From NCBI GenBank assembly GCA_002269645.1, contig NIVC01001574.1, positions 1-64,000 of the forward strand: a stretch of DNA of 64,000 nucleotides. The letters are read 5' to 3'. A model generated the notes under the pieces. That model was not told the origin of the DNA. It searched no databases and was given only the letters and a program-made list of their open reading frames with translations. The position numbers were made by a program, and so were the translations under genes. Numbering within the stretch: the first letter of the stretch is position 1; every line of letters starts with the position of its first letter. Shown here piece by piece: positions 1 through 12,449 of this stretch. Source of the DNA: Macrostomum lignano. Its lineage: Eukaryota.

Positions 1-436
1 GCGATCTTCTCCCAATTTGAGGGTAATTCTTATAGAAATGAACAATCCAAATAAGAATGCTTAAAGACTTCTTATTGAGTGAACTTATTGCTTCAATATT
101 ATTCGAACAAGCGAATGAAGCGAGCAAGTTGCTCTTCTTGGCCCATCTGGGCTCCTATTTATACCATTTCGTAATATATTTAAAACAAACTTTGATTTTC
201 TACAATATTATTTGCGCATACAACGTTAAAACAAAAATATTACTTTTTGGCGGAAATTTGAATATGGTAATTTCTAAGAAAGCAATTGTTCGCGTAGACT
301 AAAAATAAAGCCATATTTCATACTGTAAAGCAGATATATTACACTGCCTCACAACAAATAGGCCCCGCCCTAGGCTATTTTAATGTTGAAAAAATATTGT
401 CATAGATCAATATCAAGACAATGATATGATATATTA

Positions 437-1750
437 CAAGGGGTGATCAAAAAGTTCTGCAACCTTTTGTTATAGCTTTTAGTTATAGAATCAGCAAAAG
501 CCGAAAACTTACACATATGCGGCTATATCTGTTTGCTATATTTATATGCATTTTTGGCTTCCAAATGTGCCCCAGTAAAATTTCACAGCCATATATTTTC
601 CATGTGTTTTCAGTAGCTGATGGAAACATCAAAAGACAGTGTTCGCTTCTATATCTTTATGTGCATGCAACTTGGTTGCAAAGTGACTGATATTCACACC
701 ATGTTTTGTGAATGTTTTAGCTGACTTTGCTCCATCATTTGACACAGTTGCCCGCTGGCTGCGCCATTTCTTGGAAGGCTGGGACAGCTTCAACGATGAA
801 CCGAGGTCTGGCTGACCCCGGACATCCGTGACCGAAGATGTCGTGGCCCATGCCGATGCAATAATTCGTGAGGATTGGAGCATTATGCTGAGGTTCCTTG
901 CCTATGAGCTTGGTGTCAGCTATGGAAGTGCTCATAACATCATGCATGAGCAACTGGGCCGCACAAAGACTTGCGCTCGGTGGGTACCCCATCTTCTCAC
1001 TCCGGAGCAGCAAGCAGAGAGGGTGCGCATCTGTCGCTTGTGGCTGCAAATTTTTGAGCCCCACGGCCCACAACTGTTGGATGTCATCACAGGAGACGAA
1101 TGTTGGATCTCCTTCTTTTACCATGAAGGATAAGCAGTCTGACATGGTCTGGCTGGCAGAAGATGAGCCAAGGCCTGAGGTGCTGAAGACTAGATTCTGC
1201 AGTTGGAAGTGGATGTTCACCATTTTTTCAACTCTCAGGGTGTTGTATCGGTAAACATCCTTCCAGCGGGTGCCACAGTGACTGCCAGGTACTACACAGA
1301 CACTGTTCTGCCAGGCGTGCTGCAGGAGCGGCAGGAACGTGCGCAAACCAGGCATGGACCTCGACTCCTGCTGCACCATGACAATGTGGCACCGCACAGG
1401 CGGCATCAACCATGGCGTACCTGGAGCAGCAGGGGGTCCGGCTGCTGCCCATCCACCCTACTCTCTAGACCTAGCACCTTCCGACTTTTGGCTGTTCCTG
1501 AGGATCAAATCCGTCGTTTCTGGGAGGCCGTTTTCACGCATGCAAGACTTTGCCCAAGCGGTACATTCAGCTCTACAGGGTATACCAACTCTGGAGTACC
1601 ATGACTGCTTTCAGACATGGTGCACACGCATGCGACGGTGCATAGATAGTGGTGGAAAGTACTTTAAGGGAATGTGACACTGATTAGACGCCTCGGCTGC
1701 TGTAGCACTGAGTTGTGAGGTCACTTGCAGAACTTTTTGATCACCCCTCG
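437..1750 (+). mobile_element. Mariner (Tc1/mariner, DD34D) DNA transposon, full length, inactive
   Basis: 26-bp TIRs caaggggtgatcaaaaagttctgcaa (437-462) and ttgcagaactttttgatcacccctcg (1725-1750), 1 mismatch. TA on both flanks (435-436, 1751-1752). Length 1,314 bp is typical of mariner. Confidence 0.95.
620..1677 (+). pseudogene. Frameshifted mariner transposase
   Basis: Motifs WVPHLL, ITGDE, HHDN and YSLDLAPSDFWLF are spread over ORFs 828-1133, 898-1254, 1203-1604 and 1339-1677. There are stops and frameshifts after the ATG at 620. Confidence 0.92.
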
Positions 1751-1949
1751 TATTAATAAAGGTAATGTAGGCCTATAGTAAGATAAAATTATTGGAGCTA
1801 TTTTTAATTAATATATATTAATATATATTATTTCATTAGGGCCTAATTTTTAATCAATTTTATTTTATGAATATTGGATTAATAATATAAAAGTATAATA
1901 GTATAATAAAATATAGATTATATAAGTTATATATATATAAGGACGCAAA

Positions 1950-3160
1950 GATATTATGGTGGGCGTCTTGCGCGCACGCGCTCGCAGAAGAGACGAGAAG
2001 GACAGTTTGTTGCAGATTGTGGGGTCAGGTTAATGGCTTGAAGGTCAGACTCAAGCGTGGCGGTCAGCGTGACAGTCTGGCCTTGGCCCCAGTGGTGTGA
2101 TTCAGGCGCGAATTCGCGCCAGGCGCAAAAATGGCGCGAATGCGCGAATCCTGGGGGTCTGGCGCGAAATTTTGTGGAACCATGGGCGCGAAAATTGCAT
2201 TCTTATTTTCTGCTTTTTACACTTATTCTCTTGTCAGACAGTATGAAATACAAGAATGTCATAGCTTAGGAGATTAATCTAACAAACTGAGTTCAATCTC
2301 AGGCGTCAGCAGCAGAAGAAGAAACAGAAGGAGGCAGAGAAGCTAGCTGAGCTCGTCTTAAAGCGCAAGGCTGCTGAGCTGCTGTCAACGTCATCAATCA
2401 CCAGCACGAGCAGTCGTCTGCCTGCAGACATCGCCAACAAGAAGTTCAGGGGGGACACGGCTGTGACTTAAGAGATATGCTAATTGGTAACCAGACGCAT
2501 CTTCAAAAGTGTCATCAATTGACTTATTTGGCTGTCAGTAGAATATTATTGGCATGGCGCGAAAATTTTCAGTCGGCGCGAAATTTGGCAAACTTTCCAA
2601 TCACACCACTGCTTGGCCCCGTCGGAGACGCTCGGTTGGCTGATGCAGCAGGGTTAGCGCCAGCAGGTTTTGCTCTCCTCTGCCATAGCTGCGGAGGCAG
2701 TGGCTGACGAGCATTAGCCAGTGCCGCTGGAGAGTGGCACTGAGCTGAGGCACACGGGCTCTCGCCATCAGCTGGTCCGTCGGCAGCCGCTCTGGATAAT
2801 GGATGCCAAGGGCGAACCGCAGCAGCAATCGGTAGGCAGCGTCCAGGGCTCGGGACCTCGAGTCGGTCATTGGCACTGCCTCCAGTCTGTACAGGAAGAT
2901 TGGCTCTACGGCAGCGCGGAACAGGCGCATCTTCAGGTCGTCGTTGGCAGCTGAGCTGAAGACCTCCCTAAGGAGATGAGCCGCGCGCCAGGCCTGTGAC
3001 CTCTGGTCGGCGATGATGGAGTCAGGGCTCATCACGAGGGAGCCCAGGTACCGGAAGTCTCTGCAGGCTGAAATGATTTGTCCATCTGGTAGGGTCAGGA
3101 TTGGTGCTGCATTGGTGCCCACGTGCAGCACTTCCGTCTTGCGTGCGTTGATTTGCAGAA
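1950..3160 (-). mobile_element. 5'-truncated RTE-clade LINE, 3' part, interrupted by a hAT insertion
   Basis: Minus-strand QINARKTEVLHV...FRYLGSL...KMRLFRAAVEPIFLY...RRGQ is the RT thumb/C-terminal region of RTE-like LINEs. The coding-like sequence resumes below 2089 after the hAT. Confidence 0.8.
2090..2611. mobile_element. Non-autonomous, internally deleted hAT element
   Basis: 13-bp perfect TIR cagtggtgtgatt (2090) / aatcacaccactg (2599-2611). 8-bp TSD cttggccc (2082-2089, 2612-2619). Subterminal ggcgcgaa repeats at both ends. Confidence 0.9.
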
Positions 3161-4195
3161 GCTTGCAGATTACAGATTGTAATATAAGTTACAATCCTAT
3201 AAAGGTTATAATAGGAAAAGGAAAATTTACTTATTATACCATGTTTGGAAAAAATGAAATAAACAATTAATAGGCCTAAATATCTAGCATATCCTAGATT
3301 TTATACTATAGTCTAATTCTTTAAAGTTTTAATTAGTTTAGATTAGCTTAAGATTAGTGATTAGCTAATCTTGGGATCAAAAAAAGATTTTTAAGCTTCT
3401 GAATCAAAATTTTAAAGCTTAGTAAAAGCTATACCTAACCGAAGTATTTTTTTCTTAGAATTATGAAATACAAATATATCAGCTTTTAGCTTTTAATTAA
3501 TCTACAATTTAAAATCTTATGATGAGTTTGTCAATTTCTATATTTCTATGGTCTTACAATTACAATTTTGGCAATAATATTTGTTTTGAAATAGCTTTTT
3601 TGTCCTAATAATTTATTAATTTATAGTCCAACCTATAAATACATAAAGAAATCAGTGGTAGCAAGACAATTTATAGAGTTTAGCAGAGTATTAAGCATTA
3701 ATGAAGCATATAGAATATAGGAAATAAAATGATATATGAATTCAGTTTTTTGCATTTGTTATGGAAGAAACATAGTTTTGTCTTGGGATTTATGAGCTTA
3801 AATATGGATTTAAGAGCCCAGTCCTATAATCATTTGATTGCAATCCCTAATTGCAACCTCTTCATATAACTTTTTAAAATGAAAAATGCAGTATATAAAA
3901 GGCTCTTATTGCTCTGATAGCCTCTTCTGCTTATTTCCATTCTGTTGTCTTTTTGTGCTTTTAGGAGTGGCTTCATTTTTATAACTTATTTTGCTATTTG
4001 CTTCTTATCATGTATAGCTTTTGGCCATAGAATTTTATTGTTACAAAATGGCTAAAATTATGTTCCATAGTAAATCATTCAAGCAAATAGTTCTTTATTG
4101 GAAAGCAAACTAAGCCGCCTGATTGTGGCGCAAGAGGCCCTTGGTAACTGACTAGAATAGTTTGGGATCGGGCAAGATTCTTCCCAAATCCCCAG

Positions 4196-6974
4196 TCTGC
4201 CGAACTCGATCCACTCCAGGCCAGCCGCCACCGCGAACTCGACGACACGGACCGGCGGCCGAGGCGACGCGGCGACTCCGACAGCCACCACCACCGCCGC
4301 CACCAGCATCGGCCTGACGATGCTGTCGACCAACGCGACGCTGATCGGGTTCAGCGGGACCATCGGGACCGGGATGCCCGACGCCGCGAGCACCATCGGC
4401 ACAGTCAGCAGCGCGACGAAGACCAGCCGCGACGAAGGGAGCGATCGCGCTCTCGGTCTGCTGACCGCTTTGACACCCGTCGGAGCGCGGGGGCGGCGGT
4501 GGCGGTGGCAGAGGCCGCGGCCGTCGCGAGCATCGCCAGCAGCAGCAGCGGTTCGAGTGGGGCCGCCCGGACCAGCAGCGAGTGAAATCTGAAACCGGCG
4601 AAGAGCCCGACGAGAAAAAGCCGCCGCCGCCACCCAAGCAGATGGCCAACATGGGGCTCTCCGGCAAGCTGGCCGAGGACACCAACATGTACAAGGGTGT
4701 GCTCATCAAGTACAGCGAGCCCGCCAACGCCCGCATGCCCAAGAAGCGCTGGCGACTCTATCCGTTCAAGGTGAGGGCTTCTGGGGTGCACTGGGACTCC
4801 CACATCCCCAGTTGCTGGCCCCAGCCTCCCAGATCCTCAGTTGCTGGGCCAGCCTCCCAGATCCTCAGTTGCTGGGCCAGCCTCCCAGATCCTCAGTTGC
4901 TGGGCCAGCCTCCCATATCCTCAGTTGCTGGGCCCAGCCTCCCAGATCCTCAGTTGCTGGGCCCAGCCTCCCAGATCCTCAGTTGCTGGGCCAGCCTCCC
5001 AGATCCCCAGTTGCTGGGCCCAGCCTCCCAAATCCTCAGTTGCTGGGCCAGCCTCCCATATCCTCAGTTGCTGAACCAGCCTCCCAGATCCCCAGTTGCT
5101 GGGCCAGCCTCCCAGATCCCCAGTTGCTGGCCCAGCCTCCCAGATCCTCAGTTGCTGGCCAGCCTCCCAGATCCTCAGTTGCTGAACCAGCCTCCCAGAT
5201 CCTCAGGTGCTGGGCCAGCCTCCCAGAGTGTCAGTTGCTGGGCCAGCCTCCCAGATCCTCAGTTGCTGGGCCAGCCCCCCATATCCTCAGTTGCTGGGCC
5301 AGCCTCCCAGATCCCCAGTTGCTGGGCCAGCCTCCCATATCCTCAGTTGCTGGGCCAGCCTCCCAGATCCCAGTTGCTGGGCCCAGCCTCCCAGATCCTC
5401 AGTTGCTGGCCCAGCCTCCCAGATCCTCAGTTGCTGGGCCCAGCCTCCTAGATCCCCAGTTGCTGGGCCCAGCCTCCCAGATCCTCAGTTGCTGGGCCCA
5501 GCCTCCCAGATCCTCAGTTGCTGGGCCAGCCTCCCAGATCCTCAGTTGCTGGCCCCAGCCTCCCATATCCTCAGTTGCTGGGCCAGCCTCCCAAATCCCC
5601 AGTTGCTGAACCAGCCTCCCATATCCTCAGTTGCTGGGCCAGCCTCCCAGATCCCCAGTTGCTGGGCCCAGCCTCCCAGATCCTCAGTTGCTGGGCCCAG
5701 CCTCCCAGATCCCAGTTGCTGAACCAGCCTCCCAGATCCCCAGTTGCTGAACCAGCCTCCCAGATCCCCAGTTGCTGGGCCCAGCCTCCCAAATCCTCAG
5801 TTGCTGGGCCAGCCTCCCAGATCCTCAGGTGCTGGGCCAGCCTCACAGATCCTCAGTTGCTGGGCCAGCCTCCCATATCCTCAGTTGCTGGGCCCAGCCT
5901 CCCAGATCCTCAGTTGCTGGGCCCAGCCTCCCAGATCCTCAGTTGCTGGGCCCAGCCTTCCAGATCCCCAGTTGCTGGGCCAGCCTCCCAGATCCTCAGT
6001 TGCTGGCCCCAGCCTCCCATATCCTCAGTTGCTGGGCCAGCCTCCCAGATCCCCAGTTGCTGGCCAGCCTCCCAGATCCCCAGTTGCTGGCCCAGCCTCC
6101 CAGATCCTCAGTTGCTGGGCCAGCCTCCCAGATCCTCAGTTGCTGGGCCAGCCTCCCAGATCCCCAGTTGCTGAACCAGCCTCCCATATCCTCAGTTGCT
6201 GAGCCAGCCTCCTAGCGGAATGGGCGATGCTCGCCTCCCCGCTGCGTCTTCGGACCGCCCTGCAGCTAAGTGGGCCAGCCTCCCAGTTCCTCAGTTGCTG
6301 AACCAGCCTCCAGATCCTCAGGTGCTGAGCCAGCCTCCCAGAGTGTCAGTTGCTGTTCCAGCCTCCCAGATCCCCAGTTGCTGGGCCAGCCTCCCTGATC
6401 CTCAGGCCAGAAAATTGAAACCTTTCAGATCATCAATAGAGATAATATAAGCCAACATATTCCTAAACCAAAACCCGGATCATCCCAGATCCTCACTAAA
6501 TTCCCCTTTCCCCACCCACCTCAGGGCGAGGAGGCCATGAAGCCGCTGTACGTGCACCGGCAGAGCGGCTACCTGATCGGCAAGGACCGCAAGGTGGCCG
6601 ACATCCCGATGGACCACCCGTCCATCTCCAAGCAGCACGCGGCCCTGCAGTACCGGCTGGTGGAGTTGGAGCAGCCGGACGGCAGCAAGTCGCGGCTGGT
6701 GAAGCCGTACATCATCGACCTGGAGTCCGCCAACGGCACCTACCTCAACGGCGAGCGCGTCGAAGCTCGGCGTTATATTGAATTAAAAGAACGCGACGTA
6801 CTTAAATTCGGCTACAGTTCGCGCGAATATGTTGTACTGAGCGAGAACGCCGGAGAAGGCGAGGACAGAGCTGCCGCCGCAGGCGGTGACGACCGAGTGC
6901 CACCCAGCGACAGCGACGACTCCGACATTGAACCCATGGCTGCGGCAGCGTCTTCCCGGCACAGGCAAAGATGA
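4196..6974 (+). CDS. SNIP1: SNIP1/Pml1-like FHA-domain spliceosomal (RES complex) protein. Exons ~4196-4770 and 6525-6974; start exon not identified
   Basis: SGKLAEDTN..GVLIKYSEPANARMPKKRWRLYPFK|GEEAMKPLYVHRQSGYLIG...HPSISKQHAALQYR...PYIIDLESANGTYLN. Phase-0 GT (4771) and AG (6524). The upstream Arg/Asp/His-rich region joins through an apparent 1-bp frameshift near 4480. Confidence 0.92.
4805..6405. repeat. 28-29-bp minisatellite filling the SNIP1 intron
   Basis: Tandem unit cagttgctgggccagcctcccagatcct. It explains all the repetitive ORFs in 4812-6450. Confidence 0.95.
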
Positions 6975-7029
6975 TTGGGATCTCAATTTGTCAGGACTTC
7001 AATGTATAAAAAATGCCCTAGTGTTTGGC

Positions 7030-7215
7030 GATCTGTATTCATGGGGATTCGGGATCTGTGTTCATGGGGATTTGGGATCTGTGTTCATGGGGATTTGGGA
7101 TCTGTGTTCATGGGGATTTGGGATCTGAATTCATGGGGATTTGGGATCTGTATTCATGGGGATTTGAGATCTGTATTCTTGGGGATTTGGGATCTGTATT
7201 GATGAATTCATGAGG
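7030..7215. repeat. 23-bp tandem repeat
   Basis: Unit gggatctgtgttcatggggattt, about 8 copies. Confidence 0.9.
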
Positions 7216-7589
7216 ATTTGGGGCTTAAATCTCTTTAAAATTCGAATACTTAATTCGTTTTATAGTCGACCAATGCAGGTAAACTTTTAATACTACTTCT
7301 GTAGCCTCGACTTATAAGTAGTTTGACGTGAAAGTAGCTGCCAGTTTATTTTTTCCGTTGCTCTTTCCGATATTTAATGCACGAGATGCTTTGCAACCAG
7401 TGCGATGTACAGTTGGCTCACAACAGTGAATCATCGGCGCTTTAACAATATTTGAAGTTGCTTTCTCAGGCAGCTCTTTGCGTACTCAAATAAATTGTAT
7501 CTACTGACTTGCTCTAACTTTAACGTGGCTGTCTATAAATGTCTAAAGTTTTGATAATCTTTCAGACTTTATCTTTTTTCTGATTTGTT

Positions 7590-7835
7590 TAGAATACAAC
7601 CCTGCACTCCCTGCAACCCTGCACTCCCTGCACTCCCTGCATCCCTGCACTCCCTGCATCCCTGCACTCCCGCAACCCTGCACTCCCTGCACTCCCTGCA
7701 CTCCCGCAACCCTGCACTCCCGCAACCCTGCACTCCCTGCATCCCTGCACTCCCTGCACTCCCTGCAACCCTGCACTCCCTACAACCCTGCACTCCCTGC
7801 AACCCTGCACTCCCTGCAACCCTGCACTCCCTACG
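7590..7835. repeat. 8/9-bp composite tandem repeat
   Basis: cctgcact(c)/cctgcaac units. Confidence 0.9.
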
Positions 7836-8304
7836 ACGTGCACTCTTCACACGCCTAAAATCTACAATTCTCTAAGCTCGTCAGTCCCGTTACCGAATAT
7901 TGACTCCCGCAGCAGCAACAGCAGCACTGAATAACCCTTCGTGCTTTTGCTCCGGCCCCCAAAAGGGCACCGGCAGAGTTGGTGGGTAAATAAACAAGCG
8001 GCCGCTGCTGTGGGCCGCCATATCCGATTTCTTAATCCTCTTATCAACAGGCAGCAAAAGTGCGCTGGCAGCTTTTATCCGATGGGCAGTTCGAGGACTG
8101 GAAGTTGGAACTGCATTCGATTGTCGCGCCTGCACTGCACTGATTTCTGTTGAGAGATCGGCTTCCTGAAGTCCTTTGGTCAGGCGACTGAGGGGGGGGT
8201 TGTCCATTTCGAATTCGGACTCGAACTGCGGTGTTTGCCTCTGCCACCCTGATCTGATCACTGGCTTCTCCGGCTCTGCCTGCACTGCTTCTGTGCTCTG
8301 ATGT

Positions 8305-8493
8305 CCTCTGTCTGAATGTCTGTGTGTCTGTGCCATCCGTCTGTCTGTGTGTCTGTCTGTGTCTGTGCCATCCGTCTGTGTGTCCGTCTGTGTGTCTGTC
8401 TGTGTGTCTGTGCCATCCGTCTGTGTGTCTGTCTGTGTGTCTGTCTGTGTGTCTGTGCCATCCGTCTGTCTGTCTGTGTGTCTGTCTGTCTGT

Positions 8494-8552
<59 letters not shown>

Positions 8553-8625
8553 CCCATCTATCTATCTATCTATCTATCTGTCTATCTATCTATCTATCTA
8601 TCTACCTATTATAAATCAAAAGTCA
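8305..8625. repeat. Compound microsatellite (TG/TGTC, CTGC, CTAT)
   Basis: Seen directly in the sequence. Confidence 0.95.
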
Positions 8626-9135
8626 ATTTGTCAACCAAATCTCTATCCAAAATCTCAGTTCATCTGAGTTCAGCTCCCTGTGCATCTCCTCCGCAAAGTG
8701 CTTCAGTCACAGACTTGAAAACGCCCGAAGTTGGCCGCAGTGTTCAGCACTGATAAACCCGAGATGACTGGGGGTGGGGGGTGGGGTGCTGGCACACTGC
8801 AGCTGCTGGGGCCTCGCTGCATTCAGGCCGGTGTTTGCGGCGCCTCCGCCGGCTCCTCCTTCCCCGCCGCGACCCCCTGCCGGGTGCCATAAATCAGGCC
8901 CCGCATGTCAGCCAGTTCCTTGGTTGCAGCAAGTTGCCGCAGCCAATTATCGGGACTGCGTCTGACGACATCTGCAGATTCTGGGCTGGAAGGTTCAAGA
9001 AGGCAAGAAATTATACAGACACCGACAGATACTGGCTCGCTGGGATCTGCCTTGGCTGTTTGTGTGTTCTGCTGCTTCTGTTGCGGTTACCGCCGCTAAT
9101 TGTGCTGCTGCTGCTGCTGCTGCTGCTGCCTCCCT

Positions 9136-9290
9136 GACCCCTGGTTCGATTCCGCGTACGCGGCCACAATAATTTGGGGCTTGTTCGAGAAAATTGGCCA
9201 GTGGGTTGTTGTTGTGCAATTCACCAGCCACAGAGGCACAAGAGAGTGAGCATGCCTGATGATTAGAAGGTTTATTAGGGCCGTTGTGCT
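9136..9290 (+). mobile_element. tRNA-derived SINE copy followed by an (ACT)n tract
   Basis: B-box ggttcgattcc (9143-9153) and a body matching the family core gcctga(c/t)gattagaa...gggcc. Confidence 0.6.
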
Positions 9291-9719
9291 AACTACTACT
9301 ACTATTACTATTATCTAGATACTACTACTACTACTACTGCTACTACTACTACTACTACTGCTGCTGCTAATACTACTGCGACTACTGTTACTACTACTAC
9401 TACTAATTGCTTTCATTGCTTCAAATATAGTATTCTCTAAGCTTGGCCGCACTTGGCGGGGCTCTTTAGGAATGCATTCGCGGGCATCTGATTCAGTTTG
9501 ACAAGTTGTGACCCTCACGCGCTTGCTGACAGCCTGTCAGTCTGGAGCAGTACTTGCTATGCAGTGTTTGATTTACCTGGTACTAACCACCTACTCAGCC
9601 TCTTCTCAAAGCTCCATAATGCATCTGCGCTTGTAGTTGCAGATTCTCAGCTGTAGACAAAAAGCAAAGTATTGAGCAGTTCATGAGAAACCAGCAGCCA
9701 CTTGAATAGCACTCGAGAA

Positions 9720-10022
9720 ATTTACCTTGCCGAGCTGAAACCTGCCGCAGGTGACCTGTAATTTAGTGGCGACCGCCACCTCACCCCAGTTCCTTCACCC
9801 ACGCAGCTCGCCGGCCAGTACAGATAAAACTGTAAACTCAGAGGCGAAGGTATCAGCAAAATTACAGACAATATTTTCAATTTCGCTACGCACCTGCAGC
9901 ATCTGAGCACTGATGCCGGCCCCACAGCAGCCGAGGCCAACCAGCCAGTGAGTGTTCTTGGGCTCCTTTAAACAGGTTATAACAGTCTGATAGAAACTCT
10001 CCAAAGCACCCCTGTCCCAGCT
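9720..10022 (-). other. Possible spliced coding exons of an unidentified minus-strand gene
   Basis: Plausible ag/gt pairs give WDRGALESFYQTVITCLKEPKNTHWLVGLGCCGAGISAQMLQ|FYLYWPASCVGEGTG. No consistent full gene model could be built. Confidence 0.3.
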
Positions 10023-10139
10023 CAAGTTCGGAAGGCATAGAGAGGGAAGATGGATAAATCAAGGTCAAATTCGCAGCTTCCAGCCTCGGCCAGATGCTGT
10101 TAAATTGTGTTTTTTGTATCTTGCCCATCCCGCTGACTC

Positions 10140-10490
10140 CTCAGCACTCATGCTCATGCAGGGTGTACAGGGGCACTCATGCTCATGCAGGGCGTACAGG
10201 GGCACTCATGCTCATGCAGGGTGTACAGGGGCACTCATGCTCATGCAGGGTGTACAGGGGCACTCATGCTCATGCAGGGTGTACAGGGGCACTCATGCTC
10301 ATGCAGGGTGTACAGGGGCACTCATGCTCATGCAGGGTGTACAGGGGCACTCATGCTCATGCAGGGTGTACAGTGGCACTCATGCTCATGCAGGGTGTAC
10401 AGTGGCACTCATGCTCATGCAGGGTGTGCAGGGGCACTCCTGCTCATGCAGGGTGTACAGGGCACTCATGCTCATGCAGGGTGTACAGGG
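10140..10490. repeat. 29-bp minisatellite derived from a SINE tail
   Basis: Unit gcactcatgctcatgcagggtgtacaggg, contiguous with the minus-strand SINE at 10490-10660. Confidence 0.9.
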
Positions 10491-10660
10491 GCCCTGACTT
10501 TCTAATCGTCAGGCACTTTCTGTGCCTTGGGGTTGGCCCTCATGGCTGTGAACTTCACGACCCCCCCCCCCAAGACACTGTCCGTACACAAAGCCTGTGA
10601 GGAATCGAACCCCTAGATCTCTGGCGCAAAATTCGGACGCTCGTGCCGCAATCGGCCCCA
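10490..10660 (-). mobile_element. tRNA-derived SINE copy
   Basis: Reverse complement has B-box ggggttcgattcc, then gccaaccccaaggcacagaaagtgcctgacgattagaaagtcagggcc, shared with 37940-38075 and 30865-30990. Confidence 0.75.
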
Positions 10661-10697
10661 AAAGTGACATTCTGAAATCTTAAAACTCCTCCACCAG

Positions 10698-12449
10698 GAA
10701 GCCTCCAGCGGCAGCCGCCGCCGCGGCAGCTGAGAGGCTCCGCAAACGCCGCCAGCTCGCCCCGTTCGTCGCCGCCTGCGTGACGTCATCAGCCATCGGC
10801 CTGTCGCTGAACCTGGCGGCCCTCAATCTGCCGAGCTGGTGGCTGCTGGTGGCGAACGGCACCTCGGGCGCATCGATGCGCGGCATCTTGACCGGCTGCG
10901 ACTCGAACTCGCGCTGTCAGCCGCTCGATTTCGGACAGTCAACGATGCTGGATTCTTCATCAACATTTCAACGCCAGTGGCGTCTCGCCGTGCTGGCGCT
11001 GCACCTTGGCGCCGCCGTGATGCACCTCCTGGCTGCCTGCGTCACCGCCGTGGCGCTGTTCGCCTCCGGCCAGGCCGCCCGCCGCAGGTTCCTCGGGGTC
11101 GCCCAGGCCGCCGCATTCGTCGCCTTCGCCTGCCAGGCCGCCGCGTTTCTGGCCTGCCAGGTCAGCGACTGACCCCATTGACCTCGGCTGACCCCATTGA
11201 CCCCGGCTGACCCCACTGACCCCGGCTGACCTTGACGGACCCCCACTGATCTGATTGACCCCGGCTAACCTCGCTGGACTCCCCGACTGACCTGATTGAC
11301 CCCGGCTGATCCCACTGACCCAGGCTGACCTCGACGGACCCCCGACTGACCCTGATTGACCCCGGCTGACCTTGACGGACCCCTTGACCGACCCTGATTG
11401 ACCCCGGCTGACCCCACTGACCCAGGCTGACCTCGACAAACCCCCCGACTGACCCTGATTGACCCCGGCTGACCTTGACGGACCCCTTGACTGACACTGA
11501 TTGACCCCGGCTGATTCCACTCACCCGAAAGACTTCCGGCCGATCCTCACTGGCCCCGGCTGATCCACTGACCCCATTTCTGACCCAAAATGACCCCTCC
11601 TAATTCCCACTGACCCAGACTGACAGCAGCTGACACAGATAACTGCCACCGTCACTCGCAGATGTCAGCCACTCTTGATTGGCTGTCCGATTCAACGATG
11701 ACGTCATCGTCCATGGAGCCGGGCTGGCGCACTGGCTGGGCCTGTCCGGCTGCCTGGCGGCCTGGCTGGCGGCCGGACTGCAGCTGCTGCTGGCCTGGGC
11801 GGCTCGGCCGCCAGAGGAGGCGACAGCGGCTCCCGAAGCGGCGCCGCCGGAAGTCGCTCCTTCCGGAGTGACGCTCAAGGTGGCACCGGGAGCGGCACCG
11901 GAAGTGGCACCGGGAGCGGCACTGGGAGCGGCACCGGGAGCGGCACTGGGAGCGGCACCGGGAGTGGCCCGGGGAGCGGCACCGGGAGCGGCACTGGGAG
12001 CGGCACCGGGAGCGGCACCAAAATCGACAGCGGCCCCGGCGGTCGGCCCGCCAGCTGTCAGAGCGGCGCCAGGCGTGCCGACAACCGGCCTGGCACCGGG
12101 ACTGATGATGCAGGGCCTTGTGCCGGTGTTCATTCCCGTGTCGACGCCGCTGTTTATGATGGTCGGCGGCGGTGTCGGCGGTGGCGGCGGCGTTCCGATG
12201 CCCGGCCTGCTGCCTGGCACCTTGCCAACTGGATTGGCACCGGGAATGGCACCAGGAATGGCACCGGGAATGGCACCAGGAATGGCACCGGGAATGGCAG
12301 GTCCGGGCGAGCAGCGGTTCCGCTCCGCCGTCGAGCTGCACAGCGGAGCAGCGGCGGCATCAACAGCCGCCGAGGCCGGTTCGCCTCGTCAGTCGGTGGA
12401 TGACAGTCTGGCGTCCACTCGCAGGCTCGTCCGTCAGCGCATTGATTGA
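10698..12449 (+). CDS. Claudin/PMP22-superfamily-like four-TM protein with an Ala/Pro/Gly-repeat tail. Exons 10698-11160 and 11662-12449; upstream exon unknown
   Basis: TM1, then PSWW...GILTGC-x5-C (claudin ECL1 W-GLW-C-C-like), TM2 and TM3, intron, then ...VHGAGLAHWLGLSGCLAAWLAAGLQLLLAW (TM4). Joining the exons needs a +1 correction near 11685. Confidence 0.65.
11165..11600. repeat. Intronic degenerate tandem repeat
   Basis: gaccccggctgacc / gacccctga units inside the claudin-like intron. Confidence 0.85.

Noticed and set aside
4812-6450. Long Pro/Gln/Ser ORFs on both strands (likewise 7543-7875, 8258-8753, 10094-10600, 12838-13395, 14368-14708, 19612-20274, 49326-50431, 60267-61536, 62785-63192)
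   Set aside because: These are translations of stop-poor tandem repeats, mostly intronic, open in several frames at once.
8995-9231. ORF MAGELHNNN... (-)
   Set aside because: It overlaps the antisense of a SINE copy and a (CTG)n tract.
9975-10025. Src-kinase-like LGQGCFGE motif in ORF 9886-10128 (-)
   Set aside because: It is an isolated short match with no VAIK, HRD or DFG motifs nearby, and the splice-compatible frame is a different one.
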